This document shows, piece after piece, positions 12,363 to 25,349 of a DNA stretch of 64,000 bases. Where the stretch lies: the NCBI GenBank assembly GCA_009914755.4, contig CP068257.2, positions 21,344,001-21,408,000 on the forward strand, written 5' to 3'. The notes beneath the pieces are model-generated. The model saw only the letters and a program-made list of their open reading frames with translations, did no database searches and was not told the DNA's origin. A program made the position numbers and the translations under genes. The DNA is from the human T2T-CHM13v2.0 reference genome, Homo sapiens. How positions within the stretch are numbered: position 1 is the stretch's first letter; each line of letters opens with the position of its first letter.

Positions 12363-13607
12363 GTAGAATTCTGTAATTCTGAAAAGAAAAGTGACATTGC
12401 TTAAAAAGTGAATTATACTAACTGTGTTTTTAAAGTCATGAAGAAAAATTATCATATTTTTAATTGTCTTATGGGAAGTAAAACTCAACCTTACATAATT
12501 TGAAAAATATTTTATTCCTGTTAATTGTGAAACAACTGGCTTTCTTTTTTTTTAAGCTAGAGTAGACTAAAATTGATTTTTTTAGTATAGAAAATAAAGT
12601 GGCATTCCTTTTTCAGGTTTGTATCTTGGGAATGATACACAGAATAATTTAAGGGAAAAGGTTGGAAATGTGTATGATTTCATTTCTGTTGCTCTCATTT
12701 TGTAAGAGAAGATTATTTCATGCTGTTACTGCAAGTTTACTTACTCAGTTCCTGAGTACTAATAATAGCTCAAAATTTCTAGTATATGATTACCAAATGA
12801 GATTTTACTGAAACTAAATAAGACTGCAATACATAGATGAAGAGCGAAATTTTGACAATGTTAATGTTCTTTTTAAATCAATGCAATAAATACAAAGTGC
12901 AGCAATGAGAAGAAATTAAATATTTGTTTTACTTAGTAAATCTTTATGTGTTATCTATGTATCAGTCACTTTGTTAAGCTCTTTACAAATTTAGCATTGT
13001 TTAGTTATCATAACCCTGAACTGCAAATATTTTTAGTATTGTCTCCATTTGAAAATCAGAAAATGAAATGTTGACAATGTATTAAATTGTCCCAAACAAA
13101 GGTATCAAGTAGCATGTGATTATAAATGGTTATTATTTATTATATGGTAGTCTTGGTAAATTGCTAGTTTAACTTTTGTATTTAACAACTGGAAGAGGAC
13201 TTTTAAAATCCTGATTATAATACCCATTTTATGTAGCATTTTAGTAGATTTTCATTGCTCTAACCATAGTGACCAAAATCTTTATCCTGGATGACAAGGT
13301 CTAGGTGCTGTTTCTGTTCAATTCACCAGCTTCATTTTCTGTTTTCCCACCTCTCTTGGCCTCATATCCTGTCTTCCCACATCTAATGATTCTGGGTACC
13401 TCACTCTTTTGTCATGTTTTGGTCCATCATACCCAATACATTATTTAGTCCTCAAATCAAATAACAACAAATGAATTAGTTAATGAAGAATAAATAAATG
13501 AAGCAGCTCACAGAATAAAGAAACCATATTTTAAAGAGAAATCAGTGAGCCTCCAGCACTCACTAGGAAGATCATACCTAATTATTTGGTTAGAATGTAC
13601 CTCTCCA

Positions 13608-13915
13608 GGCCAGTCATAGTGGCTCATGCCTGTCATCTCAGCAACTTGGGAGGTTGAGACATGAGGATTGCTTGAGGCCAGGAGTTTGAGAATAGCCTGA
13701 GCAACACAGTTAGACACCATCTCTATAAAAAATTTAAATTAAATTAAATTAGACAGGCATGATGGTTAATCTGTAGTCATCCTAGCTACTGGGGTGGCTG
13801 AGGAGGAGGAATACTTGAGCCCAGGAGTTCAAGGTCACAGTAAGCTATGACCACAACACTGCACTGCAGCCTTGGTGACAGAGCAGAATCCTGTCTCTTG
13901 AAAAAGAAAGAAATT
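13608..13915 (+). mobile_element. Alu SINE (older, diverged AluJ/AluS-like)
   Basis: Left monomer 'ggccagtcatagtggctcatgcctgtcatctcagcaacttgggaggttgagacatgaggattgcttgaggccaggagtttgaga', an A-rich linker, the right monomer, and an 'aaaaagaaagaaa' tail. Confidence 0.85.
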
Positions 13916-16900
13916 TACCTCTCCATAAGAACTTATTAAACCCTCACAAATGTGCAAGTATACACACAAAAACATTCTGTTTCATATGTCCCTAAATTAT
14001 TTTTCAAATCCAAAACATGTTTGTTACTGAGATTACATGCTTGAATAGAATTTTTTAGAAAGAAAACCTTCATATGTCTTCATTATACTATGACCAATAG
14101 TATAGTCAAGAAAGGTCATAAAAGTCTCCGAGCCTGAAATTATTTTTCCAATTAACTGTATAAAATGTTAAAGTTCTGGGTATAGATAACTTTTTCTCAA
14201 TAATGGTAGCAAAGATTATAATAACACAGAGTCGTTGAATTTAGAACTATGGTTCAAGTTCTACCTGTCCAACTTAGTGGCAGTATGACTTTAGGAGTAA
14301 ACAAAATCTTATCTAAAAACAAGCAATTAATAAATATCACTTTAAATCAATATTATTATGATTGTTCAAATAACAGAATTTAAACATACTAATTATATAC
14401 TTATATGTTTAAATTATTTCAGTTTACAAGGATACACATTTAATACTTCTCCAAATTATTATCTAGCATAATCCAAAAGAGCATGCTTTAAACAGTACTC
14501 GCCCAACTCACAAAAATACAATTATTAGTGATGCTCACCTAGAGTGAAACTATTTACTCATTTGCCCACAGCTAGCAAGGCTTGATAGAATGAAATGAAA
14601 ATACTGAGAACCAGAGCAAATTTTTAGAAGGCTCCAAAAAGATATGTTAACTATAAAAGTAAATATACATATTTGCAGTTTTTCAAGACCATAAACCATA
14701 GCTGATAATGTTTAAATTGTTTTCGTTAATCAATTCTCTTATGAAGATGAGAGGCATCTGATGAATTTTGCTTAAAATTCGTAACTAATCTTTTTCAAGT
14801 TTAATGATGTATAAAAGTTTTAAAAGTCTATTAGTGTTGAAGAATTAATGTGAGTGTTTATGGTAGAATCAGCATGATTTGTCTAGTGAAAATTCTGGGT
14901 TGATCAGACGGAACCTTCTAAAAATGTACAAATCTTTTGGGACTGTTTGGTAAATGGATGTGCCTATTATCAAGCACTGTTTCATTATAAGAGTAAATGT
15001 GTTTCATCCACAAAGGGCCAATATTGTGATATGTGAAGAAACATACCATCGTGGTATGTGGAGAAATTGTAAAGTGTATTGATAATGTTGCTGTATAATA
15101 CCTTGTACCAATTCATAAATAAAATATTAATGAGTACAAAGGGCATTATATTGCAGTTCTTATAAGTAGTTTTTATTTTTTCTTTTGTTTCTCGTAACAA
15201 CTAAAGGAATAGTTTTACTCTGAGATCCATTTTATAGTTAAGAAGTTCGGGCTGATTAAATGACTTTTCCAAACTATTCAAGGTAGAATGTGGAAAACCA
15301 AGAAATGATAGTAATTTTTGTAAATTATAACCTCATTTTCTTTTCAATATATTATTCTTCTCTTTACACTATCATCGCATACTCTTTTGTCTCCTACTGT
15401 TTCTTTCTCTACGTTTTTATTGATTTTGCTGTTTTACCTGACAGAGCCATCAATGTACTCATCCCAGGAGGTTGCCTTATACTAGGGCATTTAATCAAAT
15501 TGTGATACTTGACATTAATAATTATTTAGCACCTGAGTTTGTTTAGGAATCTAGTAACTTTCCAGAATGTATACAGAGTTTGGCTCCCTAAGGAGCTTTT
15601 TAAAATATGTTTATTGGCTGCATAAATGTCTTCTTCTGAGAAGTATCTGTTCCTATTCTTTGCCCACTTTTTGATGGGCCTCATTATTAAATTTTTTAAT
15701 GAGAAAGGGCTAAGTTACTTTCAAAGTTAGCATTGTTATCTCACTTTACAGTTGAGAAAACTGGAGTACAGAGAATTTAACTACTTGGCCAAAAGTTACA
15801 ACATTGCCAGGTGGCAGACTCAGGATTCATAGCCTGGCTGTTTGGTTCCAGACTCTACACACAATCTACTCTGTCCCACTGCTTAATAAGATGCCTCTCC
15901 CAGCATAGCTCAGATAAAAGGAAAGTGGCAGGCAAAAGTAGCATATATTTCAGCAAGAGGAAAATTATTAAATGTTGGGTGGAATTAACTGTCTCTAATA
16001 TCACTGAGCTGAAAATTAAATAATGGTAGATATTTTAAAGTCAACAGGATTAAAAAAATTAATAATTGCTAAAACATCACTGTAGAATTTAGAGATAATC
16101 TTCCAAAGACATAACATTAAGTAATATATCCTTAAAAATATATATCTTCCCCATTATCTTATAAAGCTGTGTCCACCTTAATTAAGAAAAAAATAATGTG
16201 ATACAAACAACTGTTTTTTCTCTAATAGTTCTCCTCCTTAAAATGTACTCACCATGAGCCTAGATCTGAAAGTCTCATTAGAATTGATATGGATATCCAA
16301 TCCCATCAAACACTTTTCATTTGTCACAGTTCTCTCCGTAGGTTTTTACACTTAGTCAATATTTGCTCATTCTTTCGAGATTTCCTGATCTTGTCTCAAT
16401 AGGTACATAATTCCTGCTATACTTGATCATGTTTGTTCAGAATGGGCCTAGAGTAGAAGTTAGATAGTAGAGACTAGATAGTCGAAGTTTCATTTCTATT
16501 CTGTTTTTGTTTGTTTGTTTAATGGAGCCATGAAGTGGTCTCATTACTAATCTCCACGAAACAGCAATTTATTTAATAGCGGGATGATAATATTTGCAAC
16601 AGCAGTATTCAAAGTGAAGAGCAGAATATGGAATTAGCCCATGCAGATGGCATATATATTTTTAAGATTGACATAATTGCCACAGACAATCCTGTTAGGG
16701 TCATCAGGTAGCCTAGTACTGGTGCAGCCAAGTGCTTGGTTCCCTTTTCCAGTGCCCAGCACCCCATGCACCCATTCCTTAAGCTGGGGTACTTCTACTG
16801 GCATTTGCATGTTAGTCTTACTAAGATTATTTAGCATTGGTCTCCAAACTTGACTGTGACATTTTCAATCGATACTTTGATTACATAACTTAGCCACATG

Positions 16901-17319
16901 TCACATCATCAAGTGAAATATAAATGTGAATGTCGTTTTCGCTGTGGAAACGAAATTGAATACCATAGAATGACTACGAAATTCAGGTATTTTAAAAATA
17001 CATTTTTATAAAAGGCATAGGCAATGAAAGCATAAAGATTGAAAATAAATTGTAAATGTTTGAAAGAATCCTGCCTTCGGATTATTGTCACATTGATGTT
17101 TTCAGGCTATTTTAAAGAAACTGAAACTTTTGAATATATAGAAAATGCAAGACTAGTGAGGATTTTGGAAACAATATGAGTTTGAACTCCAATAAATTGA
17201 GTCTATATTTTAAAAAGGAGTTTTATTTAGACAATTAAATATCTCTGAATTAGAGAAGATACTGATATTACGTTTTTCTTTTAAAAGTAGCAGCTGGACC
17301 CCTTCCTTATATCTTATAG

Positions 17320-18492
17320 AAAAGTTAACTCAAGATGGATTAAAGATTTTAAAGCCCAAAACCATAGAAACCTTTGAAGAAAACCTAGGCAAAACCGTTC
17401 AGGACATAGGCATGGGCAAAGACTTCATGACAAAAACACCAAAAGCAACTGCAACAAAAGCGAAAATTAACAAACAGGATCTAATTAAACTAAAGAGCTT
17501 CTGCACAGCAAAGGAAACTATTATCAGCGTGAACAGGCAACCTACAGAATGGGAGAAAAGTTCTGCAATCTACCCATCTGACAAAGGTATAATATCCAGG
17601 ATCTACAAGGAACTTAAACAAATCCAAAAGAAAAAAAAAACAAACAGCCCCATCAAAAAGTAGGCAAAAGATAGGAACAGATACTTCTCAAAAGAAGACA
17701 TTTATGCAGCCAATAAACATATTTTGAAAAGCTTGACATCACTGATCACTAGAGAAATGCAAATCAAAACCAAAATGTGATACCATCTCACGCCAGTCAG
17801 AATGGCGATCTTGGCAAGGCTGTGGAGAAATAGGAACACTTTTATACTGTTGGTAGGAATGTAAATTAGTTCAACCATTGTGGAAGACAGTGTGGCAATT
17901 CCTCAAGAATCTAGAACCAGAAATACCATTTGACACAGCAATCCCATTACTGGGTAAATACCCAAAGGAATGTAAATCATTCTACTATAAAGAAACATGA
18001 AAATGTATGTTTATTGCCGCACTGTTTACAATAGCAAAGACATGGAACCAACCGAAAAGTCCATCAACGATATACTGGATAAAGAAAATGTGGTACATAT
18101 ACACCATGGAATACTATGCAGCCATATAAAGGAATGAAATCATGTCCTTTGCAGGGACACGGATGAAGCTGGAAGCCATCATCCGCAGCAAACTAACACA
18201 GAAACAGAAAACAAAACGCTGCATGTTCTCACTCACGAGTGGGAGTTGAACAATAAGAACACATGGACACAGGGAGGGGAACAACACACACCGAGGCCAG
18301 TAGGGTGGTGGGGGTTGAGGGGAGGGAGAGCATTAAGACAAATAGCCAATGTGTGCAGGGCTTAAAACCTAGATGATAGGGTGATAGGTGCAGCAAACCA
18401 CCATGGCACGTGTATACCTATGTAACAAACCTACATGTTCTGCACATGTATCCTGGAAGTTAAAGTAAAATAAAAAATTAATAATAATAACA
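17320..18492 (+). mobile_element. LINE-1 3' end (mid-age L1PA-like), 5'-truncated: ORF2 C-terminus plus 3' UTR and poly-A
   Basis: ORF 17412-17663 reads [47 protein letters not shown], the L1 ORF2 C-terminal region. It is followed by 'ccatggaatactatgcagccat..', a G-rich 3' UTR block 'gggaggggaacaacacacaccgaggcc..ggggagggagagcattaag', the terminal 'gtgtatacctatgtaacaaacctacatgttctgcacatgtatcc', and an A-rich tail ending about 18492. Confidence 0.85.
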
Positions 18493-19650
18493 ACTTTGCT
18501 TTTAGCGTTCAACATACAATATTTTATGTCCAAGTATGGATATCAAGCATTAATATCCAAAATACTATATATGTAAATTTTAGATTAAAATAAAATTAAT
18601 ACAACCAAATGTTAAGTTTATATTATTTTATATGATTCATTGCTTTAACTTTCCTAATTACTTTAGCTATGAAATCTTCTTCTCTTTGTTATTAATTTCG
18701 TAATACCAGAAGATTTCTGTGCAACATGAGTATAAGTAAAATTCAGGCAATTTTTTTATAAACTCAAGGAATATGAGAGTTTTAAAAATCTGTTCATGCG
18801 TACAATTTTATGAGAACTGACCCTGAAGAGAAAGTTCTAAATGTACAGACTTTTCTTGAGGTGAAAAGGATTGTGTTAACACTAATGACTGCCTGTACTG
18901 TTTGCCCCATGAGAAAAGCTATCCAGTATGATTGTTTTTAAAGATAGACAAAGCCAGGTGAATTTAATGATACATGTATTCTATTGTCACTAGTGGTTAG
19001 AATGGACAATTTGCATATAGAAATAGTGTCATACAGTACAAAAATTTAAAAACAAAACAAATATTCAAAACATAACTAAGAATATAAAATCACCTTATCA
19101 CTCCCTGGTCCTGCATAGCTATTTGTTGACATTTATATTAAAGCCTTGAGCTATTTTAATGTATTCTCAAGTTTAGGAAATTTTATGTGAATTTGTATCA
19201 AATTGACAATTTTACTAATCTCTGTGTATTTACTTTTTGTAAATTAAATGAATTTTACAGCACCCTTCATTCATCAGCTGCACAGATTTAGCAGGTTTAT
19301 GGTGAATAATTGCATATATTTTTTAACACTGAGTTTCTATCAAAAAGAAAACAATAGAATTTGCAAACAAATGCATGAACAATTTGTTAGTCTATATAAC
19401 TCTCCCACATTTGGAATAGTCCTTCCTGTATAAGTGGAAGTAAAAAGCTAGCTTTTCATTCATAATTACGATTAGAATTAGGCATGCTTTAATTGTGTTG
19501 ATGCTCTCTTATACCAGTTAATAAATCTCTCTCTCATATCAAATTGATTTAATAAAAATATCCTGTGCTATGTTTTTTCTCCTGAATGGATTACTTGTAG
19601 CTATACTTAAAAAAATCTTTCTAATTTACGAGACAGCTATATTTGTCACA

Positions 19651-20400
19651 ATTCTCTAGAGAGACAGAAGTGGTAGAATATATACAGATAGATATAGATC
19701 AGAAAGAATTTATTAGGGGAATTGGCTCACATAATAATGGAGGCTGAGAAGTTCCCTCCCAGCTTCTGCAAGCTCGAGGCCCTAAAATATTACAGTAGTG
19801 TGGCTCATTCCAAGTCCCAAAGCCTCAGAACCAGGGAAGGCAAAGATGTCACTCTCAGCTGGAGGCTGAAGGCCTGAAAACCCAGAGGGTCTCAGGTGTA
19901 AGTTTCAGAATCCAAAAACCAAAAATCCTAGAGTTTTGATGTCCAAGGACAGGAAAATAAGGGTGTCCCAGCTCTACAAGAGAGAAGTCAGGGTGATAGA
20001 AGGGGGAGCGAGAGCGGGTGATGGGGGATGGGGAGAGAGGAAGAAGGTAGACAAGGAAACAGGGACAGGAGACAGGGAGGAAAATCTCCTTTCCAATGAC
20101 TTTTTGTTCTATCTCTGTTCTTCAATATTAATTTTGACAATATTTTGGAAAACTCTAAATAAATTTTGGTGGGATAGACCACACTTTAACCTCTATAGAG
20201 ACTTAGTAACTGGCTTAATCGAATCAGCTTAATTATATTCATTGGTTTCAGGAAAGAGTCTCACAGATTTTAAGCCACTGAAAACCAGGCTAAGGAATTA
20301 TGCTTGCTTGGCTGCTCTGAGAGTGAAGCTCTCTGCATCTGAACAGCAATTCTGTGAGGAGGGAGGTTGACCTTCCTATGTGACTCCAAGAAGAGCACCT
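19651..20400 (-). mobile_element. MLT2-like ERVL LTR in minus orientation, with a GA-rich internal expansion at about 19985-20090
   Basis: '..ctctagagagacag....atatatac.......gaatttattaggggaattggctcacataataatggaggctgagaagttccc....tctgcaagctcgaggccc' is the reverse complement of the MLT2 3' terminus. Downstream, 'ctttttgttctatc...ttggtgggatagaccacactttaacc..ttagtaactggcttaatcgaatcag' continues the LTR. Boundaries are uncertain. Confidence 0.5.
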
Positions 20401-20861
20401 GATGCTCCCTGAAAGAAATGCATGGTCTCCCAGAAGGCTGGGCCTGAGAGAAATAACAGAAAATGTACTAGGCAGAGGCTGGATCTTTGGTGCCCTTGGT
20501 GAGGAGACTTAGGTCAAACATTGCCTTCTGCTTTAACTTTTGGGTTAGCAAAATGTACCAAACTTTTTTTTTCCAATGTTCAAAACAGTTTGAATTGGAT
20601 TTTTTTAGTCACTGGGAGCTCACATTTTTATTACAGATAGATAAACACAAAAATACAATGTCTCCTGTTCTCTCACGTTGAAAGAAAGCTACCTCCTCAG
20701 GTTGAATTGGAAATGACATTGAGTTATAAGTACTTCTTAAAGTTGTTGCCATATAAAGACTTCTATCTATACTTCATGCCAAAGACAAATTAAAACAAAT
20801 ACACACACACACACCCCAAAATAAACCTGTTTCTTTTCCGTACAACAGCCTCCTTTCTCTT

Positions 20862-21167
20862 ATTTATTTATTTTGAGACAGGATCTCACACTGTCGTCCA
20901 GGCTGGAGTGCAGTGGTGGTGTGATCATGCCTCACTGCAGCCTTGATCTCCTGGGCTCAATAATCCTCTTGCCTCAGCCTCCTAAGTAGCTGAGACTATA
21001 GCCAAGCACCACTAAGCCAGGATAATTTTAAAATTGTTTTGTAGAGAGGAGATCTCACTGTGTTGCACAGGCTGATCTCAAACTCCTTGGGCTCAAGTGA
21101 TCCTCCTGCCGTGGCTTCCCAAAGTGCTGGGATTACAGGCTACAGACATGAGCCACCGTGCCAGGCC
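20862..21167 (-). mobile_element. Alu SINE in minus orientation (AluJ/S-like)
   Basis: The T-rich tail complement 'tatttatttattttgagacaggatctcac..tcgtccaggctggagtgcagtgg' through to '..cccaaagtgctgggattacaggc...tgagccaccgtgccaggcc'. Confidence 0.85.
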
Positions 21168-24164
21168 TGCTTTCTTTTTACTTAATTGAATACACATTTT
21201 GAATTAACAGGATTTCTTCCTCACATAGGCTGATAGGAATCTCAGGATCAAATTAACTGCATACCACTGTTGACTACAGAATAGCTGATGATATTTTCAT
21301 CAGTGAATTCATTTTTGCCTTCAACTTGCTATAATACCCTTATTTATCGTCATTTTTACTTATCCTTATTTTAAATTCAATTTCATTCTGTGCATTTGTG
21401 TTATGTAACTTAACTATTCGTGAAACTGAATTTGGATAGCACTAAGTAAATAAAGCAAACACCAAATCACCACAGAAAGTAACACAAAAAATTGTCAATC
21501 TCTTAGGCTGCTGTGGACTGTAAATGATGAAAATATAACTCAATTATTTTTGGAAATAAGAAAAACACAGTGTTTTCCTCAGGAAATCCAACACTGGGGT
21601 AAATTTCAGGTTGGTTTAATAATCAGTTTAGCAATATTTTCAAGTGTTTAAATTCTCCATATATCTTAATTGTCTAATCCTTGGATTGGTTTCACTCTCA
21701 TCCACGTAGCAAGATTGCTGCAACAATTCTGGTTATCTTGTCCTAACATGACAGATTCAGACAAAGAGACAGAACAGTCCTTCCTGCTGGCTATTTCACT
21801 GGAGAAATAATACATTTTTTTTCAGAAGCTGCCTCCTGTTTCACTAGGCAGGATGTTTTGACATTTGCTTTTCTAAAACAGCCCGAAGCAAGAATAATTT
21901 AATTATTACAGTTTTCCTAATATTTATGTGTGACTCTGTAGACATGACAGCAATAGTCACAACGCCCAACACCATGCATTTCTCACTTTTTAAATGTATT
22001 ATTATTGTTGTTGTTTGTCCACCTGCTGAACTTCCTCTCTAGATGTTAAGAATTGTTTGCCCTGAAAATAGGAATCCCCATTAAAGTAGAGAAACTCTTA
22101 AAACTATTACCTTTACATTTTAGACTGAATCTTTAATGTACTCCAAGTAACCATTCATTCAAATAACCATTTGAAAACCTACAATGTGCCAAGCACTGTT
22201 TATTCTTTCAATCAGTATGAAATTATAAATGATAGTTACGTCTTCAAGAAGATTCTAATGCTTTTTAATTAAATGTTCAATTGAATGAATACTTTTGAGC
22301 ACCAAATTTATGTCAGAAACTCTGTTAAAAATTGGAGAATGACTATTTAACAAAACAAGTCTGGCCCTTGAGAAATAGATGCAAATTCTAGTTTCTTACA
22401 AAAATTATCTTAAATTCTTTGCTACATTTTATAAAATTAGGGTAAATTATGCTAAAAAAGCTACCTCTGATGACAGTGGTATGAAAGTTAGACTAGATAG
22501 AAATGAAGGTGGAGTTGAGAATATAGTTTAAAAAGTAAATGTAATAGATTAGAGACTATGATGCTGATCTAAAATAATAACAATAATAGCGTAAATATGT
22601 ATATCAAATGTTTGCAAGAGAGAAAATTTGATCATAAGAAAATAGCAAACCCAGGTTAATGACAGGAAGGAGCCAAATATTTATGTGGGGTTAAGAGGAA
22701 GATACTTTTAGTTATATGAAAACAGGTATTTTGTTTCCATCACATGTCCCATGAGGCTTCCCTACATCCAAATTGTGTAACTGATCTCTACTGGGTGAAA
22801 ACTGCTTTCCAGTACTCGTAGCTGTTTGAGATTTCCCAGTACTTGGAGTCACCTGTAATTGTGCATAACTTGATTATTTTATGTGAAAAAAGAACCTTAG
22901 ACTCTAACAAGTCTGAAGTAGGGTCACTAAGGTCTTGAAGGAGGGATGTTAACACACCTGGTGACAGCAAGTTCAAGAGGTTCTTCTGAACCTTTTCTGA
23001 AGGAGAGCATCTGCTCATTTACCAACAGATTGTTTCCAAGGCACATTTTAGGGAGGTATTTACTCCACCTGGGATATCAATCTACCCTTTGACACTTTGA
23101 CTCTGCTATTAATAGATGAAACCAAAACGCAGTGGAAAAAATGAGCCTTTCTGGGCTTCGAAAAGACGAACAAAGAGCCTGTTTCCAGGAATTTAAGTAG
23201 GAAAAATATGCAGATAATCTTACAAGGATAGTAAGGTTCAGGAAAGTGACAGGGATTAATTGATTGTGTTTTGATTGTAAGATTGCTGGCCACCATGAGG
23301 TCACAATGTAATTAAATGTTTTTAATCCACTGTGTTGTATTAAAAAAAACAGAAAAACGTTGAAAATAATTGACAAAGATGAGGTTGAGGTATATTAGCA
23401 GATTTGTTTTTCCTATTAGAAAAATATGTGAATTTCTATTGTGTAAAAATTCTACCCTCTATGGTTTTTGTTCATTTTACTACTTTGTGTCTACTACATA
23501 TGGGCCACCATATGTCACACAAATTTATAATGATTTTGACAAATAAACAGTCTTACATTTAACCAGTGAGTCACTGAGTCAAACACTATGGCCATGTCAC
23601 ATATCTTCTCCTCATGCAACAGTCTCACTTCACTACAACAAACAAAACTAAAGAAACAGAAGTTCTACATATACTGGGGGAAAAATCAGGCTGTATGTTA
23701 CACACACAATTTATTTTCAGCAAGAAACTATTTGACCATTTCGTACCTATAAAATGTCCAGTGGGAGAAATTACATTATTGACCCTGAGGCACTTATTTT
23801 TAAATGGAAGAGTGAGTTTACCTTTCTAACCATTCATCAAAGAGGAGTGAGTGGAACTTTAAAAGAAATACATTTCCAAAGAAAACTTGAAGATTGAAGT
23901 TCCACTCATCCTGCACTATGATGTTAAAATAAAAATAGCCTTGCCTGTGTGTAGTTTGCCTTAGATACAAGTTCCAGTAAACTACTTTGGCAAGGCCATC
24001 ATCATAAACAGTGACAGTAGGAAATATGATTCTTCATCTTCTCTCCAGATTATTTTGCTGCAAAAGTCTAGTGTCATCTAAACACATATTTCATATCTTG
24101 GATGAGGAATGAATTGGAAAGGTGTCTCTCTTCTACCATATCAGAACCTCTTTAAAGTAACGAC

Positions 24165-24216
24165 AGAAAGAGAGACAGAGAGAGGAGGGAGAGAGAGAGA
24201 GAGAGAGAGGAGAGAG
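24165..24216. repeat. (GA)n / (GAGAGG)-type purine microsatellite
   Basis: 'gagagacagagagaggagggagagagagagagagagaggagagagg'. Confidence 0.8.
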
Positions 24217-25205
24217 GTAGCAAAATACTAAGTTTGAGAGGAGAAAGCTAAAGAGTAAATGAAAAGGCAGAGAATTGAGTTATCTAAAGCATACATATAG
24301 AAAAATTTATAACTTTTGATGGATCTTATTTTTAAATATTATTAAATGATAGGAAATGACCAGTGTTAAAAATCTGGAAGTTAAAAAACTACAACAGAAA
24401 ATTCTCATGAATCACAAGTGATTGAAAGGAGACGGATAGAATTCTAAGTTTTATTAGTTATTGAATTTGTAGTCACATTGCCAGAAATTTCCGATTTTCG
24501 TAAGTGATCTTTATGCATAACAGAAATACTAATTGTTGTCATTTTCCCCCTTTAAACAAGTAAAATAGTTCAATTATCTCTATTCATTGTCTCTCCTACT
24601 TCTTTCTCATTTTTTTCTACTTATTGATTGTGCTCTCCTTCTATTTCTTCCTGCTCTGATTGCATTATTTTTCTTTCCAATAAACTTAAGAACTGGCATT
24701 GAATTTGGGCAATGAGGAAACCTAGAACTTGATGGAATAGTAAGGTTATTATGACAAACTTACAGCTAAAACTGTCGTGATGTATACTAACATGGTTAAT
24801 TATTAAGAGATTTAAAGGTTGGGGTGATGTAATCTTAAAGTTGGAGAAGTTATAGTCTAGTTACAGTATTGTACTGTAAATTCTAAATTATACAATTAAA
24901 TATATCAGTAAATAAAAAATGCTCTTTATATTGAAATGAGAAAATGATATGCCTCAACTGCACTAGTATATTCAACTGCATGCCATAAATATTTGAAAAA
25001 GAATAAATATTGAGATTCTGTTGGCAGAGGCCCGGTTTTTGACATTTTGTTTAAGAATTTACACTTGCCCATTAGTATTTGAAATAATACACTAAACCTA
25101 TGTAATGAGTAGAAGGTGGGCAGAAAAATGAGAGAAAGATGGTACCTATTTCTGATCAGCTGTTTTAAAAGAGTAAGTGAATTGCAAGCTACTTAGCAGA
25201 GTAAC

Positions 25206-25349
25206 TTTTTTTTTTTTTTTTTTTTGAGACGGAGTCTTGCTCTGTCGCCCAGGCTGGAGTGCAGTGGCGCCATCTCCGCTCACTGCAAGCTCCGCCGCCT
25301 CCCGGGTTCACACCATTCTCCTGCCTCAGCCTCCTGGAGTAGCTGGGAC
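25206..25349 (-). mobile_element. 5'-truncated Alu (right monomer only), minus orientation, with a 9-bp TSD 'cagagtaac' at 25197-25205 and 25357-25365 and a 7-bp filler 'agattat'
   Basis: A T20 run, then 'gagacggagtcttgctctgtcgcccaggctggagtgcagtggcgccatctc..gctcactgcaagctccgcc.cctcccgggttcacaccattctcctgcctcagcctcctggagtagctgggactacaggcgcc', which then stops abruptly. Identical 9-mers sit on both sides, with 7 unrelated bases between the truncated 5' end and the right TSD. Confidence 0.8.
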